Positions 23,993 through 37,452 of a DNA stretch of 64,000 nt are shown here, in pieces. The notes below the pieces were generated by a model, which saw only the letters and a list, made by a program, of their open reading frames with translations, was not told the DNA's origin and did not search any database. The stretch is from Oopsacas minuta (Eukaryota > Animalia > Porifera). Location of the stretch: assembly GCA_024704765.1 (NCBI GenBank), contig JAKMXF010000099.1, positions 129,556 to 193,555 on the forward strand. Direction: 5' to 3'. Positions within the stretch are counted from its first letter, which is position 1. Each line of letters starts with the position of its first letter. Position numbers and translations under genes: made by a program.

Positions 23993-24413
23993 CAGGGCTC
24001 AGCCCTACTAGAGCACAATTTCCGTGCATAATATTTGTCAGTATAATGCAATATATAATATGAGGGTCTGGGTATTTTGTTCTTTGGTTCCTTGTTGACG
24101 AGAATTTGTTTCGATTAATTGATCATGCCACCTAAATGTGGTTGTGTTTTACAAGCTATTTAATGTGGACTTGAGCTTATATATCACATTCAATAGTTGT
24201 CAATCATTGTGTTTCATTAGCGTTGTTGTAAATATCATTTCTATAAACCTGCTGAATTTCGTTCGAATCCTACTTTGCATTTACTTTTGACTCTAGATTA
24301 CCTGAAATTGAATAACTTGATTCTTTAAATTTTCTATGATTTCAGTATACGTGACACTATTATGGGGAAAAACTGTGCTCTAGTAGAGTGCTGTACTAGA
24401 GCTGAGCTCTATG
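23993..24413. mobile_element. Probable MITE with imperfect TIRs
   Basis: Left CAGGGCTCAGCCCTACTAGAGCACAATTTCC; right (rc) AGAGCTCAGCTCTAGTACAGCACTCTACTAGAGCACAGTTTTTCC. TA flanks. Non-coding interior. Confidence 0.55.
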
Positions 24414-24632
24414 TATATTATTTCTTATTAATTTTCGAGTAATCCCTTGTTATAATGTCCCAACTTATTCTTATACAATGAGCACAAAGTCGATCGGGAA
24501 TTATTCCAAACCAAATGTGTATTTCGCAGTTATGAGAAATTGTTTCAACATTTACTTTACATTAGAACGTTAGATAATGTGTTAGGGATTATAGCTCGTT
24601 ATAATTCCTACTCCCATATTGCAATGCCACCC

Positions 24633-24644
24633 TAAGCCACTGTG
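24633..24644. mobile_element. Orphan RAG1-like/Transib-type terminus
   Basis: TAAGCCACTGTG is identical to the 12-bp terminus of copy A. No partner end or matching TSD was found in the window. Confidence 0.55.
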
Positions 24645-26189
24645 CCTCCAGACCTCATGATCTCTAGCTGCTGTCAACTATCGCCCTCACAAGCCAAGCC
24701 CTTCATATTTCCCGCTTGTTTTTATTATTTCTTTTATATAACAATTTAAATTTGAATAATTTTGCAATGTAACTGATTCAGTGCATTGAATAATCTGTTT
24801 TTCTGTGTTTTCATCTTATACAATGGACATATAATTTTTAATGACTGTGTGTTTCGGAATACAAACACACGTTTGTTGCAATGTATTCGTAAACTAGCTC
24901 TATTCGAATAATCGCCCGGGCTATTACTTGAAACATCCTGCACATCTTATATGTTGTATAGTTACCCACTATTTACTTCAATACTTAAGAAACCGTAGTT
25001 ATAAATTACGTAACTTAATCTATCCTAGTTTCATGCAGTTATCTTGATTCTCACTATACATGTATAAATATATTTTGAAATTCTTCGGCATTAGATAGTA
25101 AATATGATGCGCCATTAAGTTTCTAGCTCTTACTGATTTTCAATCAATTCTGAACAAATAATTTAGTTTGAATATAAGATAAATAGTATTGTGAACCACT
25201 ACCCATATATGTGTCATTCCTCACATTAATTTTGACCACCACACCGCTGTAGGTAGCCTTAAGCAGATTTGGTTTGACTGTAAATTTATATTAGTAATTT
25301 CACAAAATGTTAGGAAAATCAAATATACCTCCTAGCCATCATTGAAATTGCGCCAACAGGCGTACCACTTTTTACAGAGACTGAAGATGATATCAAACAT
25401 TCTAACAATTACTATTCAATAAAAAATGATGATGTTGTAGGCCAAACGCGTTTAGCCCAGGTTGAAAGCAATTTCTATATTTCTATATCTCATGCGTGAC
25501 TACTTATATATATTTTCGGCTTATCAATCAACAAAATGACTCTTTTGTAATCCTGTCATTGTTTAATCTGGGCATACCGAATCATAGTAATCTACGTAAC
25601 GAAAAATGCCTGACTGGTTAGATGAATGTTGAACATGCTGTGTCATCAACTTATAAGCATTGAGAATTGCAATTTTATAGAACTATCGAGATACACTCAT
25701 CTGCTCCTGATTCATAAATAGAGTGCGCTCCAGGTCCCTCCTTTAATGCTCTACTCATTAGTATAAAACCCACACAAGCATATTTCATATTTACCGAAGT
25801 CCAACATTTCGTTACACATTTCGCTCCACTTTTGATTTGTCAATTTTGTTGATAATTTAACTGGTTTTACATGGCTAAATAATGGAAGTAATTGCTTTTC
25901 CTGAATTTGTTTGATTGATTCTAACTTAAAATAAATTGGTTTACCAGTTGCTTTGCTTAATTTGGTAAATAGATTAACTAAGTAGCTTGTATAGATTCAT
26001 TTAGATTATGGTCGAGAATATACATAGTTTATTATTATAGGATGACATATATAATTACGTAGAAGTTATTACAAACAGGTATAGCTTCAAGAGCAGTTGA
26101 CTAGATCTTATTGCATTTGTCTCAAATAATCTTACCGTCTTCTTTGAGCTCTCTGTCCTGGTTGAATTCCAAATTTCCAATAGGCACTA

Positions 26190-29100
26190 ACATTAATTAA
26201 TTAATTCAGAAATACATTAAACGATTGAGTAAATATGTTATATTCGTAATGTTTCTGGGTTATTGAATACCTGAACCATGTCTTCAGTCTTCTTAATCCA
26301 GGAAAACTCTTTTCACATTTGCAAGAAGATACCAGACATATGAGTAATAATTTTATTAGAGTTTGTACTTGTGGGAAGAGATTTCGTACTTCCAAATGCA
26401 TTTTTCAATAACCAATTTTAGCTTCTTCAATACTTTCTGGATTGACATTTTCTCTGAATAATGCAAGTTGAGTTGATAATGTATGCTTTTCTAATTCTGG
26501 ATATTGCCCAATTAATTCTATATTTACTTTTCCACTGAGTAACATGGTTTCCAATTTTTCATCTTGATTTAAACTGGTTTTACTTGCGTCATACCTTTCA
26601 GATAGAATACGTTGCGTTGTCATTATTAGCTGAGTATATTTCCTGAAGAATATCTTTAGGTGGATATCTTCTTCTGGGAATTTTAAGTTCATCGAGACAA
26701 TATTCTTCTGTTTGATCTTGAACTTGGCTAAAATATTGTCAAATGACTCTTGTGTTAATCATAACTCCAATTGTACATGTACCATGCTAACTGCTGAAAG
26801 CATGCCTAGAATTGATTTTGAATATACAATTGATTTTAATTGTTTGCAATAACTTAACAAAATACAAAAGAGATCTTTACATGATACATTCATAGATTTT
26901 CCCTGTAATGATTTGTTTAGCTGTTCCAATAAGTAAATAGGTTTTAAGGTCATTAATAGGCCCGATAGAGTCTCTGCCTTCTGAAATCTATCTAGTAGTC
27001 CATTAGCTTTGGTGGCTGTAGTTATACTTTCACTGAGTGACATTTCTTTTGAGCTCTTGATTACTGCTAAATAGTTATCAACTACTGATTTGATCGTTGA
27101 ATACCTAGTGAGCCAACGAGTTGGACATAATGGTAGGATATTCGGAGTTGATACAATACTTTCGGAATTATGTTCCTTTGCTACTTCATTAAGTATAGCC
27201 TAAATTATGAAGATTAATAGATGATTATAATTATTTAACTAATTTAACAATATAATAAAAATGATTACCTTATATTTTCTAGAGTTTGCATAAAGAATCC
27301 TCAATTCATACACCCATTGAATAGAATTACGCGCTAATTGAAAAGAGATTAGTGATTGTTGCATGACTAAGTTAGCTTTATGCGAACCACAATGGAAAAA
27401 AGTGCAAGCTATTGAATTTCCTTGACTCTAGCTTGACATCCATTATAATTTCCGCTAATGTTAGCAGCTCCATCGTATGTCTGAGCGCGTAATTGATTAA
27501 TGATCGTATTCAATCGAATAATAACGTGGTATAACATTTTTGCAATATTCTCTCCAGTTGTTACACTAATTTCGTTTAAGCTATAAAATGCTCATGAACT
27601 TCTAATTCAGAGTCTACATGGCGAATACATATAGATTCTTGTTCTTCGCCTGTGATCTCTTGTGTACCGTCTACCATGATACCTTAATACTCCATTAGTA
27701 CGTATTTTATCAGCAATTTGATTCACAATACAATGACTAAAAAGATTCATCATCTCCTCTTGTCCTTGAGGAGAACTGAAATTGGTACAGTAGAACTCGG
27801 ATAAGACGTACTCGGCTTAAGACGTACACTCGGTTAAGACGTACTATTTCTTATATCCCAAAATATCAGTCATCATTATTTGTAATGCAAACATATTCGG
27901 ATAAGACGTACACTCGGTTAAGACGTACTAATTTCTGTTTCCCGAGGGGGTACGTCTTATCCGAGTTCTACTGTACTTTAGATAAATATTGAAATAAGTT
28001 GGCATCGTCTTCTCCTCTAAGTTTCAATAATTGCCAAAAATTACCACTTTCTTCAGTATGTCCACGAATGGCAATTCCCTGACGAGGTAAATATCTTACA
28101 GAAGTGAAAATTTCAAGTAAAGATTTTGTAGAGATTTGTTGATGCTGAATAATTTGAGAATCCAAAAAGTATAGCCACTGAAGGTTTATCCATAGTACTC
28201 ATCTTGATGTAGCAAGCTTGTGTAATTGAGAGTTTTGATGTTCAACAAATCGTTGTGTTGCCTTTTTCCAATTTTTACAGGCTTCAGGAACAATGATAAT
28301 TCAATAGCTGGTACATTTTCTAATAATTTAAGTCTAGCAACTTTTGAACATGTGAAACATACGACTCGCTTTAAACTCGGTATATAGTGAATCCATGGAT
28401 ACTTTTCAAACCAAGCCTTCTGAAAATAAACGTTCTGAGTCTTTGTTCTTTTCGGTGGTAAGCTAGAGATATCCTAGCGTTGGTTAGGCTGAGGAAAATC
28501 TATCTCTTCATTTGAAGTGGTAACTAGAGATGTTATTTCAGTAGAAATAGTGTTCGCATATAAAACAATATCAGATGGATCTGTGGATTCTTCTGCGATA
28601 TCTAGCTCTGAAGTTTAGTTACATGGTTGACCGGAACCAATAAAAGCTATAATTTTGGCTCGTTTTGGATTATTAGACATAATAACTGATCTAAGAAAGA
28701 ATTAGAAAAAAAGAAATGGTTGTTAGTATGTAACTTAAATTACTTTATTGAGAACTAGTTATGTGATGTAAGTTGACAGTATTCAGAACTATTTATATAC
28801 TTTGTCATCGTTTTCGATTTAACATGTATAGTTAATTACGCTGAGACACAAATTGAAATGTATTCTAAAAGAAAATGACCAATACTAAATTACAGAAAAA
28901 CTAGTGACAATTATTCGAAGAGACTAAGTGCGAATTATTAATAAGCACGATAGAGATTATTTACAAGTATATATTTATCCGGATTATAGCATATATTTCA
29001 AGGATTAGGAATAGGAAATGACATCTCAGATTTATATCTTTGAAAACATACTCAAGAACAGTGTAATTTGAAAATAACAAGAGGATAATCTGCAGAAACT

Positions 29101-29234
29101 CAAAAGATTTGAGAACAAAAATAATGTAGACGTATCTCAAAAGTTAAAATGTAGGAGGGGATGATAAGTAGAGCATCCCCCAAGCTTATAAGTGGGGGGA
29201 TATATCCCCCATCCCACCGGGATCTACGCCCCTG
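26190..29234 (-). mobile_element. hAT transposon remnant (ZMYM1-like transposase pseudogene, start ~28680)
   Basis: Terminus rc CAGGGGCGTAGATCCCGG at 29234. Fragments YLPRQGIAIRGHTEESGNFWQLLKLRGE, PLCPTRWLTR and LICLVSSCKCEKSFPGLRRLKTWFR. Likely GT-AG intron at 27200-27268. The other end was not found. Confidence 0.85.
27788..27973. mobile_element. Tigger/pogo-type MITE (186 bp) inserted in the hAT
   Basis: Perfect 24-bp TIR CAGTAGAACTCGGATAAGACGTAC, TA TSDs, and internal CTCGG(A/T)TAAGACGTAC repeats. Confidence 0.93.
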
Positions 29235-29539
29235 ACCTCAACATACAGATGGCACCAGCGTTTATAGTCGGCATTTATCTCATAGTGAGCGCAGTATGGG
29301 AGGACAATTACTGAACGATTAAGATAGTAATATATTATATAAACAATTCGATACTTCTGAAAAAACTTTTGGATTTTGTTATGGAAATTTAACTTACCGA
29401 AAATCGGCTGATTGTTTAAGGAAAGTGAAATCTGAAATGAAAATCAGAGAATAGGTTTTCTAAGACATATAAGGAAGATGTGACGGCCACCCAGGAATAT
29501 TTTCGTTATCTGTTCCCTGATTATCCTATTCCGGGTTAT

Positions 29540-29895
29540 GTTTAGTATTTTGTACAAAATCCGTTTTTAATACATATGTACACTGCTAAACAAATCCAAC
29601 TCCTAAAATTCTTAAAGAACAAGGCTGTTGTTTTAAATTGTGATGCTACTGGTTCCCTAATTAGCAAACCACCTTCTTGTTCACACAAAATATTTATTTC
29701 ATACACCTTGACAATGCAACATCCCGCGTATTCTACTAGTCCGGTACCACTTGCAGAGATGATTAGCAGTGACCATAGCACGCTGAAATCTCAATTTTCT
29801 CAAACAAATAGTGTTTAAGTACAAAATTAGTATTAGTAGAGATTTACAAAATAATAAGATGGAAATGGACTATAGTTGGGCGATTATACATAGTA
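29540..29895 (+). pseudogene. NOF/MULE-like transposase fragment
   Basis: VVLNCDATGSLISK...PVPLAEMISSDHS followed by EMDYSWAIIHS, cut by the mariner insertion. Family assignment rests on my recall of the DATG motif. Confidence 0.45.
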
Positions 29896-31206
29896 CGAAG
29901 GGCACTCGAAAAGTTTTGACGTTGAAACATATCAGATAGTAATAATAAAATTGACTATTACATTTTTAAAATACTCTCCCTGACAATCTATACATTTTTT
30001 CATTCTGGTAAACCAATTATCAAAACATTTTTTCCGCTTTTCTTTGGGTATGTCTCCGATCGCTTGGAAAAGTGCCCCTCTCAACTCCTCATTAGTCGAA
30101 AATCTCCTCCCACGTATTGATCTTTGAGTCTAGGGAACAACCAGAAGTCGCAAGAGGCTAAATCAGGCTTGTAGGGTGGGTGAGGTAATGTTTTGAGTCC
30201 AGAATGTTCCAAAAACTCACGAATTCTGATTGCCGTATGCGATGATGCATCATCATGATGAAGAAGAATTCCTCTAATGCCTGTCTTCTCCCGCTGTGAC
30301 TCAATTACTGTGATGACTTTGGGTAGGCACACTGTAGTGTACCAGTCGGCAGTAACAGTCTTTCTATCCTCGAGAGCAACAGCTTCGACAAACCCACTAG
30401 ATCTGAAAAAAATCGCCCACATTTGTTTCCCAACAGATCTAGTCCTCCGCACTTTGGTTGGAGGTGGGGCATCTTCTTCAACCCACTCCTTTGACATTCG
30501 CTTTGTTTCTGGATCATAATGGTATATCCATGTCTCATCACCTGTAAGGATCTCAGAAACAGCTCTTGAACTTCCATTAGCAAACCTTTTGAGCATAATC
30601 TTTCAAAAGTCTATGCGGGATATTTTTGCTATAAGCTCAAAGAATGGGGAATCCATTGGGTACACAACTTCCTGACACAAAGTTCTTTGTGCAAAATGAT
30701 ATTAATTGTCCCCGATGACAACTCGGTTTCATACTCTAACTGAGCGTACGTAATATGAGGATCTTTAGTGATTAGATCTAGCATTTCGTTAACATTTTCT
30801 TCATTATGTGAAATATTCGGTCTTCCTGAACGAGGGGCATCTCCAAGAACAAAGTTTCCGTGAATAAATTCCCTGTACCATCATTCAACTGTACTTAGAG
30901 AAGGAACTAGATCCGGGAAATGTTCCTGTAAAGATTCATAGATTTCTACTAGCTATTCTTGTCTTCTGTAGTTTGAATAAGATCAAAATTGTTGCTCGAA
31001 AATCACGTTTTGTGAGATCAGATTTAGATTGAGATATTTTAGAAGCCATGTATACTAAAATGATCTAATTTATGAAAGTAGAAGAGATAAATGAATGAAA
31101 TTTTCAAAGTAGAGTAATAAAATATGTCTGAAAAGATGGATGCGGAAAAATATCCGACAGATTAATGGTTTCATATCAAACGGCAAAACTTTTCGAGTGC
31201 CCCTCG
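29896..31206 (-). mobile_element. mariner (DD34D) element, 1311 bp, frameshifted transposase (ATG ~31049)
   Basis: TIRs CGAAGGGCACTCGAAAAGTTTTG and rc CGAGGGGCACTCGAAAAGTTTTG, with TA TSDs. Motifs LTGDETWIY, HHDDASSH and PYKPDLASCDFWLFP. Confidence 0.95.
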
Positions 31207-32820
31207 TACTCCTCTAAAGAAAGTTAATCACACAATAGTTTAGCCAAACCCATCCAATGTACAAACTTTAACATTTCGTATCATTTTGTGCCTTCCTTGA
31301 ATCAGGTCGATAACTATGACTGTTAAATAGGATTTGATTAGGCCAAATTTTTCGAAAAATTTAGTCTATATCAATCTAAATTTTGTATATGTACCTAGCT
31401 TTAGAATTTCCAAACTCAAGAAAATTTCATCTTGATTGAGTTACTAATTTTCATTCGGTTAGCAACTTTGTCCCGGGTAACCGTAAATACTTAGTATTAG
31501 CTGGAATTGAGATGATTCCCTTCCTAGAGATTACTCCCAATTAAGAGGATTATCCGATTTATCGTTGTCCCAATTCAGCAGAGCTAACTGTATTTTAAGT
31601 CATTTAAGAGTATATCAAATGATTTTCATTCTGTATTCCATAATGCTGCTGATATTCTAGTAATGTGCCACGCCTGCCACTTGTGATACAAATATGAAAA
31701 TGTATATATATCAACGAAGTTGTCTCTAAACAATTTGAAATTTCCACATCTGAATTGTTCCATCTAATTTGAAGTATATGCTATCTACTATTGACTATTT
31801 ATTAGCTCATTATCTATTTAATATTCAAAGTGTGCCTTGAAATACCAATTTCAGATTATTCATCTACTTCGTCAGGACAATATTAACAAACATAGTCAAA
31901 GAATTATTCTGGCATATTTTCATATGCATATTCAAATATCCTACATATTTCTAAGGTTGACGATAGTATATTTTGTGGTGTGGAAGTACTTTTGTTCTGT
32001 TGGTGCACCGGCTCTCCAAAGTGTAATTCAGCTTACCCCTTCACCATGTATTAGATCTCCGCTTACCACCATTATCAAGAATATGTACAATCACAAAACA
32101 ATGAACTATTTTATATGAAAAACTCTCGTAAACTTCACTATTATAAATGATTGTCAAATTGTTTAAGTTCCAACATATATTTAATAGTTGTATTAATACA
32201 CTATGCCGCTTAAACTAATGCAGTACAATTACCAACTGAGTGCTTGGGCGTAGTCCCAGGGTAGGGCCAGGGGCCTCATTCACTAAAGTTCTAAACTGAA
32301 AATCTTAGAATTATTCTTAGATTTTGCTGTAATTCTTAGAAATCATCAATACTTAAGATAAAATCTTAGAATAAGTTTAATTGGTATTCACTAGAGTTCT
32401 AAACTGAAATTCTTAGAAATTTCTTAGAACTTTTGATATTCTTAGAAAATACCCAAATTCTAGGAAATATTCTTAGAATTTATCCGAATTCTAAGCGAAA
32501 TTTTAAGTGAGGTAGGGGGTTGACTTAATTTGATTCTAAAAATTTTTGAAATCAAATATTATTATTATCCATTTGACAACAGAGGAAATTAGTAAACTAG
32601 ATTTACTAGTAATAGTGTCAATTTTGAATTAACACTCACAAAGTTGTATGACATCTTCGGTTAGTATTGTGTTGATCTATAAATATTCACCACCGCTGCT
32701 GAGTAGAGTTAATTCTTAATGGATACTGTTTTGACATAACATTGCTATTGACTAGTAGTATAAATAGTAATATGAAAAACCTGTTAAAATTCAACTGACC
32801 TTTCTGAAGCAGCTTATAAC

Positions 32821-33600
32821 ATGACAAGTGACCAAACGAAAACTCGCGCGAAAGATTCTCTGATGATGAAGTTATGAGCATTGTAGGCATAATAGAAGAA
32901 AATAAATCAAACATTTTCGGAGCCCTAAGTTCTACCCACACAGTTGATGAGAAGAACAAAATCTGGGAAGAAATAGCTGGTAAAATTTCGGACAGGTATG
33001 GGGGTACAATGACAAGGGATGAGATTTGCAAGAAGTGGTACAATACATTAAAAAATATAAGCCTCGAATAGCAGATAAATCGCTTCTGCTATAAGGACAG
33101 GAGGAGGGCCAACTGAAGAATGCTTAGATGAACTAGAGGCAAATATTTTCTCCATAAAGGGAAAGGAGGCATTTGAAGGGATTGGATCAGGCATTGAGCT
33201 CTCACTAGAACGACCCTTACCAGTGATAATATAAGATGAGTCGATGATTATAAGCCCAACACACTCTCAGGAATTCAAGATCTCTAAAGAAACATCAACT
33301 CAAATAAAAAGGAAACTTTCAGACACAGAGACAAGTGGATATGAATCCATTAAACAGACACTACTAAACAGTGAGGGAGAGAAACTGAAGTTGCTAAAAT
33401 TAATTCATTCCAAATTAGATCGGGTTGGGAGCATTTTTGAACGAGTCGCTGAGGATCAGTCCAAAATACTATCGTGGATGGTTCACAGCCACACACCACA
33501 ATATCCATGTTGCCTCCACCCTTTCCATCTACTAATTTTCATTAATCTCAGCCATTGTATCCTTGTCAGGACGAATATCACAAACAGAGAACTTTCATGA
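32821..33600 (+). pseudogene. Harbinger Myb/SANT-like DNA-binding protein (disrupted)
   Basis: MTSDQTKTRAK(R)FSDDEV...KNKIWEEIAGKIS...RDEICKKWYN. Stops and frameshifts present. Confidence 0.8.
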
Positions 33601-33657
33601 ATTCATCACATGCTAGTTCATAAACTTCATTATCACTACCAATTCATTCATCAATTA

Positions 33658-36378
33658 CACTGCTCAACAATTTTTTTTCATTTTTTGTTGCATGAGATTT
33701 TTCAATTGATTCTATATAATTTTGGGATGCTGATTTCAAATCTGCAATCAGTTTCTTTCTGCATGCTCTAGTTTTCATGCAATCGACAATTTAAATTTTT
33801 TCGTTTGTGGTACTTATTTAGTACATAAATCTGATCTCCACCAAATACTTTTTATCTATCAAGCCATTTTTCTTAGATTGTAGCTGTTACTATGATTTAG
33901 TAATGGCTTCAATCTATTGAAAACAAAAGCACCACTCTATTGTTCTCTGAAAACATGACACTATTAGCGAAGTGTCAAAATTTAAATAAATCAAAAATCA
34001 TCATGTTGATTTTTTGAAATGATTTAATTCAAACAACCCTAAGTGATTGTAGTGAAGTATCGTGGATAGATGCAGCAGAATAGGCATTTAAGCTGTATTT
34101 TTCCGCTCGTCTGCTGGTAGCCTTAATTAGAACCAAGGTTTTGTTATTCAGTTTGTTTGTGTTAAGTTACATAGATATCAACAGACTTTCTTTCGATTCT
34201 TAACTCTTCAGATTTGATCATGGCTTCTTCTAGTAGACATAAATGCAAAAATAACCCTGATTCATTTTGTTACATCTGTGGTGTGTATACGCTTTCGCGT
34301 CAAAGACGAAATATAACATCGTTTGTGAAGCGTGCCTACATAGCATACTTTGGTATCCCTCTTGGTGATCAAGATAAGAAATGGTCTCCTCATATTGTGT
34401 GCCATAACTGCGAAGAAATGCTCCGAGACTGGACAAAAGGAAAGCGGAAGGGTCTGCCTTTTGCCATTCCAATGGTGTGGCGTGAACCCCAAGACCACAC
34501 GACTGACTGCTACTTTTGCATGGTCAATACAAAAGGTGTTGGCAAGAAGAGCCGACAAACGCTTTCTTATCCTAGTATACCATCAGCTATGCGACCTGTC
34601 CCGCACTCTGATAGACTTCCTCCTCCGGTTTTTAGTGGTTTTGCTTTTCCTAATGATGAAGAAACTAAATTGGAAAGGGAAGAGATCGTAGAGATGGAAT
34701 ATCAAAAAACAGACACAGAATCAGAATCTGAAGATTCTTCTTGTGAAACCAGAGTAACTGTCCAGCAGTTTAATCAATCAGAACTGAATGACTTAGTACG
34801 TGATTTAGATCTGCCCAAGCAAGCAGCTGAGCTCTTAGCCTCCAGGCTCAAAGAAAAACAGGTGCTGGATCAATCTGTAAAGGTTTCCTTTTTTCGAAAA
34901 AGAGAAGAACTCCTTCTGCCTTATTTTTCAGTAGAAAATAAGCTGGTATATTGCAACGATATTCCTGGTCTTCTCGGACAACTGGGTATCTCCTCATATG
35001 ATCCAGGAGAATGGCGATTGTTTTTGGACAGTTCCAAGCGCAGCCTCAAGTGTGTTCTTTTACACAATGGAAATGTTTATGGAGCTGTTCCAGTTGGTCA
35101 CTCCACTGTCTTGAAGGAACAGCATGATGACATTAGAATTGTTATGGATTTACTCGGATATCATGATCACAACTGGATCATTTGTGTTGACCTCAAAATG
35201 GTTAGTTTTCTGCTAGATCAGCAAAAAGGATACACTAAATTTCCATGTTATCTGTGCATGTGGGACAGCAGAGCACGTGAAAAACATTGGATACAGAAGG
35301 AGTGGCCCTTACGTGAAACATTTCAAGCTGGCATGCCTAACGTAACACACGACCCGATCGTAAGCAGAGACAAAATTGTTTTTCCACCCCTGCACATCAA
35401 GCTAGGTCTGATGAAACAGTTCGTTAAAGCCCTAAATCCTGACAATGAATCCTTTCATCATCTTGTGTATACTTTCCCTGCTTTGTCATATGATAAAATC
35501 AAAGCAGGAGTGTTTGATGGACCACAGATACGTACACTTATTCGCGACAAAAACTTCATTCAGAAAATGAATGTCAGGGAGAAAGCTGCATGGCTATCTT
35601 TTGTGGATGTTATACAGAACTTTCTTGGTAACAGAAAAGCTCCAAACTATGAAATGCTTGTATCCAAGATGCTCTCAGGGTTTCGTGATTTGGGATGCAA
35701 CATGAGCATAATAGTACATTTTCTGTACAGCCACCTGGACAAATTCCCTGAAAACCCTGGGGCTGTCAGTGACGAACAGGGAGAGCGTTTCCACCAGGAT
35801 CTTATGACAGTGGAAGAACGTTACCAAGGTCGATGGGATCGACATATGATGGCAGACTATTGTTGAGGCATTAAACGTGACTGTCCTCACAAAGCGTACA
35901 AACGCAGAAGTTATAAGAGGAAATTTTGTCCAGATTTGTAGAATATTTGAATCTTTTGCATCTTGTCATTGATCGCTTTAAGTTACTATTGTAGATTGCC
36001 ATCGTTCTTTTCTACGTTATTTTGCAAAAAAAAAATCAATTTTTACATGCATATTACCAGCAAAACTGTTGTTTTTTACATTTTTTAAAACATTTGTTGC
36101 CCATCTGTCTACAAATACAATTTCTATTGGCAACATAAAAGTTTTTTGGCACCTATTTTTGTTTTGAGGCTAGTTATTCAACTGTAAGCAGAACATCATT
36201 TGACAAATCATGCCACTTTTTCAAAAAATATGAATTTTGTGCAAAAAAATTAAAAATTTCGATTTGCAAAAAATCTAGAGCTTGCGGAAAAAACTAAGGT
36301 CGGATTCGGATTCAGCGCCCCAATATTAGGTAAAAACAAGTGTTGGTAGAAATGCAACAAAATTTTTGTTGAGCAGTG
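33658..36378 (+). mobile_element. Chapaev3-type (CMC) transposon, 2721 bp
   Basis: TIRs CACTGCTCAACAA and TTGTTGAGCAGTG, with 3-bp TSD TTA (33655-33657 and 36379-36381). Confidence 0.92.
34214..35941 (+). pseudogene. Chapaev3 transposase: 550 aa open, then one TGA at 35864 (expected Trp), 25 codons before the natural stop
   Basis: N-terminal zinc motifs FCYICG, WSPHIVCHNC and PMVWREPQDHTTDCYFC. Core LFLDSSKRSLK, ICVDLKMV, PPLHIKLGLMKQFVKAL and SDEQGERFHQD. Reading through the TGA gives GIKRDCPH...FCPDL*. Confidence 0.9.
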
Positions 36379-36389
36379 TTATTAATTAC

Positions 36390-37452
36390 TATCTTGAGTT
36401 AGGTCATCTTGGAATACGATTAAAACCCAATTACACAAATTTAACTAATATATCACAATACATCTTAACTGAACTAATTAATAACTATCTATTTAACCCA
36501 TGATCAATGCAGAAGTTATGTAAAACCATGGCAAAAATAAATAGTTTGCAAACCACTTCAGCACTATAATATAAGCTTCCACCGGTTTTATCCATTGACC
36601 TCTACCGACTCTTCCATATGCCAAATGTGCAGTCCATTGTTTTTCTGGTTTTTAAAAGGCTTGATTGTATCTTCTTTCGCTAGAAGTAACTGGTGAAAGA
36701 ATTGGGGTCATTAAGTTAGAGTTCAGCGGATGTCCATTGTCACCCAAAAACCATCCATCAACGGTCTGAATTTTCAGATGCAGAAATTCGTTGTTTGATT
36801 GCCGATTGTTTCCACATAAAGGTATCGTGAGTACTCCCAGGCCACTTCACAACTGCATCAATAAAGCGATATTCATCATCGCATATAGCTTGCACATTAA
36901 TAGAGTGATAACCTTTTCGGTTGACGTAAAGAGGTCAGTTAATAGAGGGTGCAACAATGGGAACATGGGATCCATCGATGCATCCCAAAACTTTGGGAAA
37001 TCCAAACTTCTTTTGGAAACCTCGCTGCATTTTCTTTGAACAGCTTCATTTGGGAAGCAAATGAAATCACTGGCACAAGAGCAGAGGGCGTTTGATACAT
37101 TACCGATGCATCTTGAGAGCGAAGGCTGCGAAATACCATGGCATGAAGCAACTACTGTTTGTAAACTGCCAGTAGCTAAAAACTGCAAAGTGGCAGCCAA
37201 TTGAGTAGATGTAGAGATAGCATGTGAACGATAGGTGGTTCGGGACATATATGTATCCAACTTTCGATTAATTCAATGAATATCCCTCCATTAACTCAGT
37301 AACTAGAAATGAAGTCGAGATTGGTATACGCGTCAAGAGGATTCAAACGATCTCGAAACCCCCTGACGACGTATGCTTTGATTTGATTCGCTCTCGAGGA
37401 GGAAAAATATTGCGGGCATTGGTGAAATATAATGCCAGCAAAATAAATTCAT
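36390..37452 (-). pseudogene. HARBI1-like DDE nuclease (disrupted)
   Basis: FRDRLNPLD, LQFLATGS, FPKVLGCIDGSHVP, YVNRKGYHSINVQ and WFLGDNGHPL segments. Confidence 0.88.

Noticed and set aside
27788-27973. CRISPR-like repeat array
   Set aside because: The repeats are TIR-derived units inside a TA-flanked MITE with no regular unique spacers, and the context is eukaryotic.
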